A program made the translations under genes and the position numbers. Shown piece after piece: positions 27,951-38,785 of a stretch of 47,624 nt of DNA; position 1 is the stretch's first letter; each line of letters opens with the position of its first letter. The DNA is taken from assembly GCA_929200405.1 (NCBI GenBank), contig CAKMZF010000003.1, forward strand, positions 1 to 47,624, read 5' to 3'. The DNA is from an uncultured Gammaproteobacteria bacterium. GTDB taxonomy: Bacteria; Pseudomonadota; Gammaproteobacteria; Cardiobacteriales; CAKMZF01. The notes beneath the pieces were generated by a model. The model worked only from the letters and a program-made list of their open reading frames with translations, was not told the origin of the DNA and searched no databases.

Positions 27951-29762
27951 TTATTCAACAGTCTGCTGCTTGACCATATGAGCATAGCTGCTATTGAGCT
28001 GCATAAGTTCTTGATGGCTGCCGCTCTCAATGATTTTTCCTGAGTTGATCACGGCAATTTGATCTGCGTTTCGAATGCTGCTGAGCCTATGTGCTATCAA
28101 TACTAATGTTTTATGACTTTGAAGCTTTTCTAGAGCTTGTTGAATTTTGATTTCAGATTCGGTATCTAAGGCTGAAGTAGCTTCATCCAATAAGATAATG
28201 GCAGAGTCTCTATATAACGCTCTAGCCAGTGCAATGCGTTGCCTTTGACCGCCAGACAAAGAAGCACCATTTGGTCCAGTTTTGGTGTGCATTTTTTGTG
28301 GCAACTGGTCTACAAATTGCCAAGCATTGGCTGCTTCTAATGCGGTTTTAACGGCTTCTTCATTAAAAGTGATTCCTTGTTTTCCGGTGCCGCGAGCAGA
28401 CAAGGCGATATTTTCAGCAATAGATAAATCAAATAACACCGGAAATTGTCCGACATAGCTCATATGAGAGCGCAATGTCTCTCTAGGGATATCTTTGATG
28501 TCCCGATCACCGATACATATACTGCCAGATTGTGCTTCAATTAAGCGAGGTATGCAGTGCAGTAATGTGGTCTTACCGCCACCAGATGGGCCGACAAAAG
28601 CGGTCATCTTTTTGGCTGGAATTGTCAGGGAAATATTATTAAGAATCGACTGCTCAGTATTGGGGAACTGCAATGAGAGCTGGTTAATCTTGATGTCTTC
28701 GCTAAGAGAATTTTTAGTCAAGGAAGCGTTCAAAGCTGCTTTTGCTTGTGGAGTATTGAGGGATTCTTTTGGAGAGTCTATCCACTCAAAAACGTCCTCA
28801 GCAGCGGTGATGCCACGTTGTAGCAGCTCATTGACTTTGGTTAATCGCTTAATAGGTGGTAGTAGCATTGCCATGGCTGTGAAAATAGATATAAATTTAC
28901 CAACAGAAATCTCACCACGACCTGCGTAATAAATAGCTGCATATATCATTAAAGACATGGCAATGACGGTTATTAGCATGGTGGTTTGGCTGGCGATCAC
29001 TCGAGCGCGAGTTACTCCAAGCATGCTGCGGCGAACTTTGGCGTTATTTTGACGAAACTGATCAGAAACCATCTCCGTCGCGCTGTATATTTTTATTTCT
29101 CGATGACCCAATAAAGCTTCATTTACTTGTTGACCGATGTCGCCAGTAGAATCTAAAAGGTTCTTGGAGAGTCTTTTTAGGCGCGCGACTACCCAAGTTG
29201 TAATTAAGGCAACGAAAGGGATGATTAGAAATAATATGGTGGCTAACTGCCAATGCTGATAGAAGACAAAGCCAACTAATGCAATGATGACTAAGCTGTC
29301 TCTAATCAAAGTGGTTAAGACATTGGTAGTGGCATTCAGCATTTCCTGGGCATTGAAAACAAATATGGATTGCAATTTTCCGGAAGCTGTCTTGTGTAAT
29401 ACTTGATCTGGCAGATGAATGGTGGTGTCAAATAGTTGTTGTCGAATGTCTTTGATAACATTGGTTGAGACAGATTCCATTCCGATGGTAGAACTAAAAG
29501 CCATTAAGCTTCTGAAGATAAAAACCAAGGCGATAATAATTGGCATCCAACGAATGTAGAAAGGATCTTTCTCTATGAAAGAGCCATCAAGTAGTGGCTG
29601 CATCAGGCCTGCTAAACTAGACTCCGCAAGGGCATAGAAAATCGTTGCTAGAATGGCAAGGGCAAAAGTTTTCCAGTACGGTTTTATAAAGCTCAGTAAG
29701 CGTTTGTAAGTATCAAACCTTTTGGGTTTTTGCTTATTTGTAGATTCTGATAATACTGTCAT
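27951..29762 (-). CDS. msbA: Lipid A export ABC transporter, fused permease/ATPase (MsbA-like)
   Basis: 603 aa with a 6-TM exporter domain (LMQPLLDGSF, similar to MsbA LLKPLLDDGF) plus an NBD. The NBD has GPSGGGKTT, LSGGQRQRIALARAL and ILLDEATSALD. Confidence 0.75.
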   Translation of the reverse strand: MTVLSESTNKQKPKRFDTYKRLLSFIKPYWKTFALAILATIFYALAESSLAGLMQPLLDGSFIEKDPFYIRWMPIIIALVFIFRSLMAFSSTIGMESVSTNVIKDIRQQLFDTTIHLPDQVLHKTASGKLQSIFVFNAQEMLNATTNVLTTLIRDSLVIIALVGFVFYQHWQLATILFLIIPFVALITTWVVARLKRLSKNLLDSTGDIGQQVNEALLGHREIKIYSATEMVSDQFRQNNAKVRRSMLGVTRARVIASQTTMLITVIAMSLMIYAAIYYAGRGEISVGKFISIFTAMAMLLPPIKRLTKVNELLQRGITAAEDVFEWIDSPKESLNTPQAKAALNASLTKNSLSEDIKINQLSLQFPNTEQSILNNISLTIPAKKMTAFVGPSGGGKTTLLHCIPRLIEAQSGSICIGDRDIKDIPRETLRSHMSYVGQFPVLFDLSIAENIALSARGTGKQGITFNEEAVKTALEAANAWQFVDQLPQKMHTKTGPNGASLSGGQRQRIALARALYRDSAIILLDEATSALDTESEIKIQQALEKLQSHKTLVLIAHRLSSIRNADQIAVINSGKIIESGSHQELMQLNSSYAHMVKQQTVE

Positions 29763-29848
29763 TTGCTATGCTTGAGTATCTTGTGCTTTTAATCGGTGAT
29801 TGAGACAAATAATATCACGACTACATTAACTGCTGCTATGAATTTACT

Positions 29849-30943
29849 TTAAACACAAGCAATTGCTGAGTTTGTAAAACTTGTTTGAGTGAAATGCTGA
29901 AATTCTATACTTGGTTTGGAAGCTGAAAACGCAGCCACTAGCATGGTGAAGAATTGCCATGACTGATGGACAGAGGCGCCCTTTGCAGCAGCATCTGCCT
30001 CAGCTAATAGTGTGTTGATAAGGCTCAGTTTCTCAGGGGTTATATGAGTAAATGCTTGCTTGTATGTCTGCTGTAAAAAGTTGGGAATGTTCTCGCGCTT
30101 TAGAGCACCAAGCAGCGGTAGCCCTTGATCCATGGCAGATTGTAAACGAATAAGTAAATTGACATCTTTTTGAAGTAAGCCGATAAGTGGCAGCGTCGAG
30201 CTATCTTTGCCTTGTTCTTGAAGACGGTAGAGTATACTTAAAGCTGCATGGTAATTACCGAGAAGGCATGCATCTTTAAGGTCAAAGTTAGTATAGCGCG
30301 CATGGTCAGTACAAATTTTTCGGGTTAAATCTACCGTTAAAACAGGTTGATCGGTTTCTAAGCTATCGACGGCCAATTTAAGGATATCAATTTCTTGTTT
30401 GGCTGCCAGTAAATTACCATTGCAGCGATAGGTTAGTAGGGCAACTACATCGCCTTCAAAGCGAATTTTAGCCGCTTCTAAGCGATTAGATATCCAGCGC
30501 TTTAGCTTGTCTTGCTTAGGGGTGGTGCATGGGCAAATCCAACCTAGACTTTCTAGAGTTTTCATCCATTTACTATTAATTTGGCTTTTGGTTAATCCGC
30601 CAAGCTGGATAACTAGATGGCTGCCTTCAGCGCAGAGTTGGCTTAGCTTAATTAAATTATCATGCAGCTTTTCTGGAAATTTTGCTTCAAAAGGCAGTTG
30701 CAAATGAACAACCTTCTTCTCACCAAATAATGACATGCCACCAAGCTCCGACTGGATATCCCCCCATTGAGTATGGTTGTCTATAGTGAAACGTAGCCAC
30801 TCATAATCATCTTGCTTGGCAAAGCCGCGGATTGTATCGACTGACTCAATTGACAGTAATGGTTCATCACCATAAAAACAGGTAACTAAGGGAATACCAT
30901 TTTTATTAATGGTTGCCGTTACCTGCTCAGGCCAGACTTTCAT
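29849..30943 (-). CDS. holA: DNA polymerase III subunit delta
   Basis: 364 aa. The N-terminus (PLVTCFYGDEPLL) is typical of HolA. It holds the canonical gammaproteobacterial position downstream of leuS-lptE. Confidence 0.7.
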   Translation of the reverse strand: MKVWPEQVTATINKNGIPLVTCFYGDEPLLSIESVDTIRGFAKQDDYEWLRFTIDNHTQWGDIQSELGGMSLFGEKKVVHLQLPFEAKFPEKLHDNLIKLSQLCAEGSHLVIQLGGLTKSQINSKWMKTLESLGWICPCTTPKQDKLKRWISNRLEAAKIRFEGDVVALLTYRCNGNLLAAKQEIDILKLAVDSLETDQPVLTVDLTRKICTDHARYTNFDLKDACLLGNYHAALSILYRLQEQGKDSSTLPLIGLLQKDVNLLIRLQSAMDQGLPLLGALKRENIPNFLQQTYKQAFTHITPEKLSLINTLLAEADAAAKGASVHQSWQFFTMLVAAFSASKPSIEFQHFTQTSFTNSAIACV

Positions 30944-30954
30944 GAGTAATCTAG

Positions 30955-31452
30955 TTACAGCAGGCTTTGCAGCAAATCAGTGAACAGATCAATCTCGGCG
31001 ATAGAGCGATCACGAGACTTGGTAACGCTATTGCTAGTGTCTTCTTGGATAATGCGTCTTCTCTCCTGTATTTGCTGTCTTTCGTTGGCTGTAGACTGAA
31101 TGTTACAACTAATCTCAACAGTACGCGTTTGGGCGGTCTCATCATTGTCTATCGTTAGTGATGAACAGCGAGCTTGCTGTATCTCAATAGTGGCGTTGTC
31201 GGTAATGTTGATGCCGGATTGTGTGATTGCAGATTGCAGGTTAGAGATTTTTGCAGCATCGCTGCTAAGCTGTATTGCAAAACTATTACCAGAGGCATTG
31301 TTATAGCCTTTGAGTTGGTAGCCGCAGGCAGTAACGGATAGCCCCAAAAATATGAGCAAACTGACACGAACAATATTTTCGAGTACGTTCCACGCTACTG
31401 CACCGCTCTTTTTAATATAAGAATAAGGGCTTTTTTTCATTGCTTGACTCAT
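30955..31452 (-). CDS. lptE: LPS assembly lipoprotein LptE
   Basis: It has the lipoprotein signal LSVTAC followed by GYQLKG (E. coli LptE has CGFHLRG). Its size fits, and it lies between leuS and holA. The exact start (M1 vs M5) is uncertain. Confidence 0.75.
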   Translation of the reverse strand: MSQAMKKSPYSYIKKSGAVAWNVLENIVRVSLLIFLGLSVTACGYQLKGYNNASGNSFAIQLSSDAAKISNLQSAITQSGINITDNATIEIQQARCSSLTIDNDETAQTRTVEISCNIQSTANERQQIQERRRIIQEDTSNSVTKSRDRSIAEIDLFTDLLQSLL

Positions 31453-31489
31453 ATGTACTCTACAGGCTAATTTGTTATTGTGGTGGTGC

Positions 31490-34123
31490 TTAAATCACTA
31501 TATTGACTAACTTGTTGGGAATAATAATAATTTTTTTCGCAGGTTTGCCTTCCATAAACTTTTGCACATTGTCTTGTGCTAAAGCAGAGGTTTCTATACT
31601 GGTCTTATCTGCGGAGGCATCCACCTCTATTGTTGCTCTGAGTTTTCCGTTTACCTGCACGACAATAGTTACCGTTGTTGTCACCATTGCAGAGTCGTCC
31701 GCTTGAGGCCATTCGGCATCCAAAATATCAGTAGTTTCACCAAGCTGTTGCCACAGTGAGTGAGTGATGTGAGGTGTAATCGGCTGCAATAAACGCAGTA
31801 AAATTCTAGCACCTTCCTGATGTACTGGAGCATTTTTTTCATCGCGCTCAAGACCTGTCAGTGCATTGAGTATTTTCATGCTGGCAGAGACGACGGTATT
31901 AAATTGCATGCGCTCATAATCTTTGTTAGCTTGCTGTAGGGAGGAGTGCACTTCAAATCGTGCTTCCTGTGCCGCTTTGCTTAAAGTATTATCTTCGATG
32001 CTTGTTAGTTGGCTAAGCAGTGTCTGATTATCATTGACATAAGTCCATAGTTTCTTCAAGAAGCGATATGCGCCTTCTACAGCAGATGCGTTCCACTCCA
32101 AAGATTGCTCTGGAGGAGCGGCGAAGAGTGTGAAAAGTCTTGATGTGTCGGCGCCATATTGGTCGATTAAGGCTTGTGGGTCAATGCCATTGTTTTTTGA
32201 CTTAGACATTTTCTCAACACCGCCAATATCTACGGGCTGTTGGTCCTCACGGAGAATAGCCGAAATAGGTTTGCCTTTGCTGTCTGTAGATACTTCGACA
32301 TCATCTGGGTTATACCAGCTGACGCGGCCATCATCTGCCTTTCTGAAGTAGGTATCATTTAATACCATGCCTTGTGTGAGCAATCGATCAAAAGGTTCAC
32401 TTAAATCAGTAAGGCCGCAGTCTCTCATAGCTCGAGTCCAAAACCGTGAATAGAGTAGGTGTAGTATCGCGTGCTCAATGCCTCCAATATACTGATCTAC
32501 AGGCATCCACTGCTTGGTTTGCTCATCGATCATTTGTCCCGCTTCTGGGCAAGTGTAGCGGAAGTAGTACCAAGAAGAGTCCACAAAGGTATCCATGGTG
32601 TCCGTCTCACGTTTGGCTGCCTGGCCGCAGCGAGGGCAGTCTACGGCTAAGAAATCTTCACGCTTGTTCAGTGGGTTGCCACTGCCATCAGGTACGCAGT
32701 CTTGCGGTAACACAACGGGTAAATCTTTCTCAGGTACGGGTACAGCGCCACAGCTAGGGCAGTGAATTATGGGGATAGGCGTGCCCCAATAACGTTGGCG
32801 TGAAATTCCCCAGTCTCGTAAGCGCCAAGTGGTTTGCTTGTCGCCTAGCGATTTGACTTGTAGATCAGCGGTAATGGCTGCCACTGCAGCGGCAAAATCT
32901 TTGCCATCATATTTGCCCGAATGAACAGTGACGGTATTTTCCTTATCCCCATACCATTCCTGCCATTGGCTAGAATCGAAGGGCGGCTGTTCTTTGGTTG
33001 AGGCAATCACTTGCTGTATTGGTAAGCCATATTTATTGGCAAAGGCAAAGTCTCGTTCATCATGGGCAGGGACGCCCATTACAGCGCCATCGCCATAGTT
33101 CATTAAGACATAATTGCCTACCCAAATAGGAACGTTTTCTCCAGTTAGTGGATGCTGAGCGGTTAGACCAGTATCCATGCCCTTTTTTTCGCGCTTGGCG
33201 ATATCTTCTTCTGATACCCCGCCTTCTTTGCATTCTGCAATAAAATCGTGCAGTGCGGCGTTATTTTTAGCAGCTTTTTGAGCAATAGGATGCTCAGCCG
33301 CGACCGCTACAAAAGTAACACCCATGAGGGTGTCGGCACGAGTGGTGAATACTGGGATTTTGCCATCAGCGATGAGTGCGCCATCAGCATCGGTAATATT
33401 ATGTGGGAAACAGAGGCGAACACCGCTGGATTTACCAATCCAGTTGGTTTGCATGGTTCGGACTCTTTCTGGCCAGCCCTCCATGTCAGGTAATGCAGAG
33501 AGCAGCTCATCGTTATAATCCGAGATTTTTAGGTAGTACATGGGGATATCGCGTTTTTCAACGGTTGCCCCAGTTCTCCAGCCTTTTCCATCAATTACCT
33601 GCTCGTTGGCGAGAACGGTCTGATCGATGGGGTCCCAATTTACTTTAGCGGTTTTTTGATAAACAATGCCTTTTTCCAGAAGCTTTAAGAAAAACCATTG
33701 ATTCCAGCGGTAGTAACTGGCATCACAGGTTGCTACCTCTTTGCTCCAGTCAATAGCGAAGCCCAATTTTTGTAATTGGTCTCGCATATAGTCAATATTT
33801 TCATAAGTCCATTTAGCTGGCGGCATGTTGTTATTCATGGCTGCATTTTCAGCCGGGAGCCCGAAGGCATCCCAGCCCATAGGTTGTAGCACGTTATAGC
33901 CTTGCATACGTTTGTAGCGACTTAATGCATCACCAATGGTGTAGTTTCTTACATGTCCCATATGGAGCCGACCGCTGGGATAAGGTAACATGCTCAAGCA
34001 GTAGTATTTTGGCTTTGAACTCTTGGAGTCAGCAAAAAAACTGTTATGCTCTTTCCAATACTGCTGAGTTTCCGCTTCAATATTGGCAGGGTTATAAGTT
34101 GATGCAGTTAGATTATCACTCAC
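31490..34123 (-). CDS. leuS: Leucine--tRNA ligase
   Basis: 877-aa class I synthetase with the HIGH motif (HMGHVRNY) and KMSKS ([11 protein letters not shown]). It has a CP1 editing domain and Zn-binding cysteines (CPSCG, CPRCG). Confidence 0.97.
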   Translation of the reverse strand: MSDNLTASTYNPANIEAETQQYWKEHNSFFADSKSSKPKYYCLSMLPYPSGRLHMGHVRNYTIGDALSRYKRMQGYNVLQPMGWDAFGLPAENAAMNNNMPPAKWTYENIDYMRDQLQKLGFAIDWSKEVATCDASYYRWNQWFFLKLLEKGIVYQKTAKVNWDPIDQTVLANEQVIDGKGWRTGATVEKRDIPMYYLKISDYNDELLSALPDMEGWPERVRTMQTNWIGKSSGVRLCFPHNITDADGALIADGKIPVFTTRADTLMGVTFVAVAAEHPIAQKAAKNNAALHDFIAECKEGGVSEEDIAKREKKGMDTGLTAQHPLTGENVPIWVGNYVLMNYGDGAVMGVPAHDERDFAFANKYGLPIQQVIASTKEQPPFDSSQWQEWYGDKENTVTVHSGKYDGKDFAAAVAAITADLQVKSLGDKQTTWRLRDWGISRQRYWGTPIPIIHCPSCGAVPVPEKDLPVVLPQDCVPDGSGNPLNKREDFLAVDCPRCGQAAKRETDTMDTFVDSSWYYFRYTCPEAGQMIDEQTKQWMPVDQYIGGIEHAILHLLYSRFWTRAMRDCGLTDLSEPFDRLLTQGMVLNDTYFRKADDGRVSWYNPDDVEVSTDSKGKPISAILREDQQPVDIGGVEKMSKSKNNGIDPQALIDQYGADTSRLFTLFAAPPEQSLEWNASAVEGAYRFLKKLWTYVNDNQTLLSQLTSIEDNTLSKAAQEARFEVHSSLQQANKDYERMQFNTVVSASMKILNALTGLERDEKNAPVHQEGARILLRLLQPITPHITHSLWQQLGETTDILDAEWPQADDSAMVTTTVTIVVQVNGKLRATIEVDASADKTSIETSALAQDNVQKFMEGKPAKKIIIIPNKLVNIVI

Positions 34124-34312
34124 GATTGTATTACCTGTAGGGCTTATGATATTTGAAGATGACTATTCTAACCAACCCATGATTTTTTTACAGCTTTTAG
34201 TTGTCAAACTTAGCGGCAAAAAAGCAGTAGACGTTGATATTGTTATCAACATTGCAATACAGCGCGCTACACCAAAGGCTATGTTTTAGATATCTCACGA
34301 TAAAGCAGATCA

Positions 34313-36994
34313 ATGATAAGATTTTTTATGACTCACCAGATAGCTTCATTATTTTCTAGCAAGGCAATCTTTAAATATATTCTGTTGTTTGTCATCAGTA
34401 TAATTTTTTTTGGGGTACAGCATAGCAGTTGGTCACAGGTGGAGAAAACTTTTCGACCTTTCAGCACGGCATCTGTAGAGTGGAATGAAGTGCTGGGCGC
34501 CATAGAGCTTAGTCAACGTACTGAGGGCGAATTGCGCGAGAGCTTAAAGGTTGACCTTGATGAGGTGAGTCTTGAAGCCAGCGCGGTAAGAGCAGATGCA
34601 GTTGAAAAGTTGAATTATTGGAACAGCTTGTTAGGCGCGCTTGGTGAGTTAGCAGAAGGCGAAACGGAGCCAGAAGCAATCGCTGTAGAGCGACAACGAC
34701 TGACAGCGGAGCGCGATGATTATTTCACGAGGGTAAAGATATCAGATCTTGTAATTGCTAGGGTGAATTTAATTCTTACCAAGCAGGCAAAAAAACTGCA
34801 AAAAGCCGAGGTACATGATTATTTTGATCATGGTGCCATACCGCTGTTGCCTAAAAACTGGTCAGCGATTGTTTCAGATGTGAATCGATTTGTTCAGTGG
34901 AGTGAGGTTTCCGGTAAAACGGTTAGTCACAGTGGTAGATATCAGGATGTATTCTCTTTGCTATCTTTGGAAACACGGAGTTTGGTGGTGACCATGCAGC
35001 TCGGTTTTTTTCTGACCTTGCTGGCTTTTATTTTTAGAGCTTTCTATAAGAGTAGTCGTCGTCTAGCCAGACTTTATTTACATCCTAATATCATTATCAA
35101 AGTTGTATTTCGTTTTGCTATCGCGCTTATTAGCGTTGGCATCGCCTTTTTATTATTATTTGTTATCTTGTTGCTAAGCGCTTTTATCGTCAAGTATAGC
35201 GTAGGCAGCGTTGCAAATATTACTGTCGACCAGTTAACACCATTGCAACTTTTAAGCGCGACGAATGCCTCGGTTGCGAACAGAATAATCGTTAATGCCA
35301 TAGAAATGGTGCTGATATATATTGTTCTAAATGCCTTTTTATCACCGAGGTTACCAAGGTTTGCCTTGGCAAAACTGCCAGTGCCCAAACTGACGAATAT
35401 CACTTACCATATTCCACTGCTATATTTCTATGCGACATTATGTGAAGAGTTTTATCTGACTTTAAAAGCATCGGAAGCACATTCGGCAACGATCACTCTG
35501 TTGATGTTTGCGTCATTAACCATTTTCGCCATGTATGTGAACACGCTACGTAAGCATTATTTGTCATTAATACCAACTAAAAGCAATGATGCAGAGCAGA
35601 TTGGCGAGGAGCACGAAGACAAAAGCAATGCGGTAGAGATTGAGAGAGCAGAGTCAGCAGAATGGTCTAAGCGCGTCACTAACAAAGCGGTTTATATCGT
35701 GCTTTGCTTTATTATCTTGGTGTCTGCGTTTGGCTATACTTATATGGCAACGCAAATTGCCGTTGCCATTAGTCTGGTTGTTGTGAGTTATGTTGTTCTA
35801 AAAGGGCTGCGAACAGTTTTATATGAATTAGTGGCTTATCTTGCCACGATTATTCGCAGAGAAGTGAATGCAACTAAATATCCTGAAATCAATTTAGCAA
35901 AACATGGTGTGCAGTTAAAGCCTGAGAAACCGCCACTGCTGCTGATTGTCTGGGGAATAATTTTAAATGTTATTGCGATTATCGCTTTTTTGAGTATCAC
36001 CATGTTGATACTGGGCTTTCCCTTAGAGTCGATTATTGGCTATATAAAAAGCCTTTCAAATGGTATTAGCATTGGCGAGGAGACGATTTCACCACGCAAT
36101 ATTGTTGATGGTCTGTTTGTGTTAATAGTTGGCATTGTGCTCGCTAAATTTCTCAATAGAACAATTATTAAGAGTAAAGCATTATCAATGGCAGCCAGCG
36201 AAGGTGTACGTTACTCCATTGGCACCATCACCCAGTATGTGGTGATGATTTTATCATTTCTATTGGCTATCTCGGTCATGGGACTTGATTTAAGCAGTCT
36301 TAGCTTATTCGCAGGGGCCTTGGGTGTAGGTATTGGTTTTGGTTTGCAAAAAGTAGTGATGAACTTTATTTCAGGGTTGATTTTGTTAATACAGCGACCA
36401 TTACAAATAGGAGATTGGGTAGAGATTGGTCCTAATAGCGGTATTGTTAAGCGAGTTAATTTAATGAATACCGAGCTAGAGACCTGGCAACGTGCGAATG
36501 TTATATTCCCTAATGCGGATGTAATGACAGCAACCTTTGTTAACCGCACCAGAGGTAGTAAACAGGGAAGAATTGAGGTCAAGATTGGTGTTGCCTATGG
36601 TAGTGATCTAGACAAGGTAAAGCAGGTGCTGATTGATTGTGCGATTAGCCATCCAATGGTGATGAAGTACCAGCCGATAAGTGTGATATTTTTGGACTTT
36701 GCTGACAGTAGCTTAAATTTTGAGTTACGTTGTTTTACCCACGATGTTTTTTCAGTTCTTGGTATCAGTTCTGATCTGCGCTTTGCTATCAATGAAGCAT
36801 TTGAGAAAGAGAATATAGAGATTCCATTTCCACAACGTATCTTGCATCATGTTGATAATGCACAAAAGAATACTGTCGAATCAGAACTTGAAGCCTCTAA
36901 ACCATCCGCTAGAAATAAGCTGATTAAAACAGAAAATGCCGCAGGGCCAGATATTGATGTTGGTAGTGATGCCGATGCAGGTGGCGATGACTAG
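34313..36994 (+). CDS. Large mechanosensitive ion channel, MscS family (MscK/MscM-like architecture)
   Basis: 893 aa. A signal peptide is followed by a coiled-coil periplasmic domain, multiple TM helices and a C-terminal MscS core (GALGVGIGFGLQKVVMNFISGLILLIQRPLQIGDWVEIG). It ends in an acidic tail. Confidence 0.8.
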   Translation: MIRFFMTHQIASLFSSKAIFKYILLFVISIIFFGVQHSSWSQVEKTFRPFSTASVEWNEVLGAIELSQRTEGELRESLKVDLDEVSLEASAVRADAVEKLNYWNSLLGALGELAEGETEPEAIAVERQRLTAERDDYFTRVKISDLVIARVNLILTKQAKKLQKAEVHDYFDHGAIPLLPKNWSAIVSDVNRFVQWSEVSGKTVSHSGRYQDVFSLLSLETRSLVVTMQLGFFLTLLAFIFRAFYKSSRRLARLYLHPNIIIKVVFRFAIALISVGIAFLLLFVILLLSAFIVKYSVGSVANITVDQLTPLQLLSATNASVANRIIVNAIEMVLIYIVLNAFLSPRLPRFALAKLPVPKLTNITYHIPLLYFYATLCEEFYLTLKASEAHSATITLLMFASLTIFAMYVNTLRKHYLSLIPTKSNDAEQIGEEHEDKSNAVEIERAESAEWSKRVTNKAVYIVLCFIILVSAFGYTYMATQIAVAISLVVVSYVVLKGLRTVLYELVAYLATIIRREVNATKYPEINLAKHGVQLKPEKPPLLLIVWGIILNVIAIIAFLSITMLILGFPLESIIGYIKSLSNGISIGEETISPRNIVDGLFVLIVGIVLAKFLNRTIIKSKALSMAASEGVRYSIGTITQYVVMILSFLLAISVMGLDLSSLSLFAGALGVGIGFGLQKVVMNFISGLILLIQRPLQIGDWVEIGPNSGIVKRVNLMNTELETWQRANVIFPNADVMTATFVNRTRGSKQGRIEVKIGVAYGSDLDKVKQVLIDCAISHPMVMKYQPISVIFLDFADSSLNFELRCFTHDVFSVLGISSDLRFAINEAFEKENIEIPFPQRILHHVDNAQKNTVESELEASKPSARNKLIKTENAAGPDIDVGSDADAGGDD

Positions 36995-37057
36995 CGAAAA
37001 AGTAATATAATAGCAGCCACCCAATAACCGCTGTTGGACGGCAGAGAAGATTATAGT

Positions 37058-38785
37058 ATGAAAAAAGCATTTTTTGGCGCAACTTGTACACTGATTTTTT
37101 TGATGCTATCGGTGGTAACTAAACCTGTTATCTCTCAGCCCCAAGGTACATTACACTACTGTGCTAAAAATTTCCCAATTTCTTTGAATCCGCAGTTAAG
37201 CCTTGACCCTGAGGTGAGCAATACCGTTAGCAGGCTAATGTTTGACACCTTGGTTGAGATTGATACTACCACAGGTAGGGTAGTGCCTTCGTTGGCTGAT
37301 AGCTGGGATATTTCTGATAACGGCCGAGTCTATACCCTAGTTTTGCGCCCCGATGTGCAGTTTCAGGCTGGGGTGCAAGGCACGCAGTTTGTCGCAACGC
37401 GCACAATGAATGCTGATGATGTACTGTTTTCTTATCGCCGCCAAGCGAGGAGCGATCATCCATATCATTTTGTCGGTGATGGCAAGTACCCTTACTTTGA
37501 TGGCATGCAGATGAACTGGAATATTCTAGCATTAGATAAGCTAGATGATTACACCATTCAATTTACCTTAAGAAACTCTGATGCCAGCTTCTTGTATAAT
37601 CTTGCGATGGACTTTGCAGTTATTCAATCTAAAGAATATGCGGATTATCTCATTGAAAATCAAGCAATGGATAAAATAGATCGCGTGCCAGTCAGCACTG
37701 GAGCTTACCAATTGGCCGAACAATCCTCACTTGGCACTGAGCAACGATTATTGCTCAAGGCAAATCCTCTATATTGGAAAGGCGAGCTGCCTTACGCTTT
37801 TATTTCGGTAGATGTTATTGCTGATGCGGCAGAAAGAGATCGTGCATATCTCAGTGGCAAATGCCAATTACTTAGCCCTGTTGAGGGTGAGCAAATTGGG
37901 GCGACGATGGATAGAATGGGTGATGGTTTTACGCATAAAGAAATTATGAATGTGCTTTATCTCAGTTATTCAACGCAAAGAAGTTTTTTAGATTCTCAAT
38001 ATACTAGACAAGCTATCACTAGCGTTTTAAACCTACCTAGAGTGGCAGCAATTGCCTTAGGGCGTGCAGGAACTTATGCGCAGGAGTTGGTGCCTGCGTC
38101 ACATTGGTTGTTTAATCCAGAGCCACTGCCACCTATGCAGTTTTCCGAGTCTACCCAGCGATTTCAAGCCGAAGCTCTGGAAAAACTACAACAGGTCTTG
38201 CGCAAACGACCGTTGAGAGTATTGGTTTCAAAATCGTCTAAACGCTATCTACTCAACCCGGAGTCTACCGGTGCAGATATTGTTGCGCAGTTGAATCAAG
38301 CAGGAATACCTGCAGAGATGGATTTATCTGAGGATGATGTTTTTTTGCAAAAAACTCAACATGGAAATTATGACTTAGCATTGCTGGGTTGGAGTGGAGA
38401 GAATGGCGATTTAGACAACTTCCTAGCGCCTCTGCTAAGCTGCTCGCAAGTGAATGCGAATAATCGCAGCCAGTGGTGCAATGAAGATGTCGACCGCTGG
38501 CTTAAAGATGGCAAGCTGATTACCGATAATGAGCAAAGAAAAGTGATTTATAAGCGGATATTACGGCGTGTTGCCAATCGGCAGCCGATCGTGCCAATTG
38601 CCCATGCCATACAGTATTTTCCCAAAAAATCAGGCTTAAAGCCGATATATCTGGATATACGAGGGGGCATTCGTTGGCAATGGTTTGCCTTCCCATCTCT
38701 GCAGGAAAAGGTTGAAGAGGAAGTCGTTATAGAAGCCCCTGCTGTGCCAGCTGTCACCATAGAAGAACTAAGGACAATAGAATAA
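37058..38785 (+). CDS. Periplasmic solute-binding protein, family 5 (peptide/nickel/opine type), orphan
   Basis: 575 aa from ATG 37058 with the signal peptide MKKAFFGATCTLIFLMLSVVTKPVIS. Family-5 motifs include SRLMFDTLVE and FQAG...T..ADDVLFSY. No cognate permease or ATPase genes lie in the window. Its stop overlaps the ddl ATG (TAATG). Confidence 0.8.
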   Translation: MKKAFFGATCTLIFLMLSVVTKPVISQPQGTLHYCAKNFPISLNPQLSLDPEVSNTVSRLMFDTLVEIDTTTGRVVPSLADSWDISDNGRVYTLVLRPDVQFQAGVQGTQFVATRTMNADDVLFSYRRQARSDHPYHFVGDGKYPYFDGMQMNWNILALDKLDDYTIQFTLRNSDASFLYNLAMDFAVIQSKEYADYLIENQAMDKIDRVPVSTGAYQLAEQSSLGTEQRLLLKANPLYWKGELPYAFISVDVIADAAERDRAYLSGKCQLLSPVEGEQIGATMDRMGDGFTHKEIMNVLYLSYSTQRSFLDSQYTRQAITSVLNLPRVAAIALGRAGTYAQELVPASHWLFNPEPLPPMQFSESTQRFQAEALEKLQQVLRKRPLRVLVSKSSKRYLLNPESTGADIVAQLNQAGIPAEMDLSEDDVFLQKTQHGNYDLALLGWSGENGDLDNFLAPLLSCSQVNANNRSQWCNEDVDRWLKDGKLITDNEQRKVIYKRILRRVANRQPIVPIAHAIQYFPKKSGLKPIYLDIRGGIRWQWFAFPSLQEKVEEEVVIEAPAVPAVTIEELRTIE

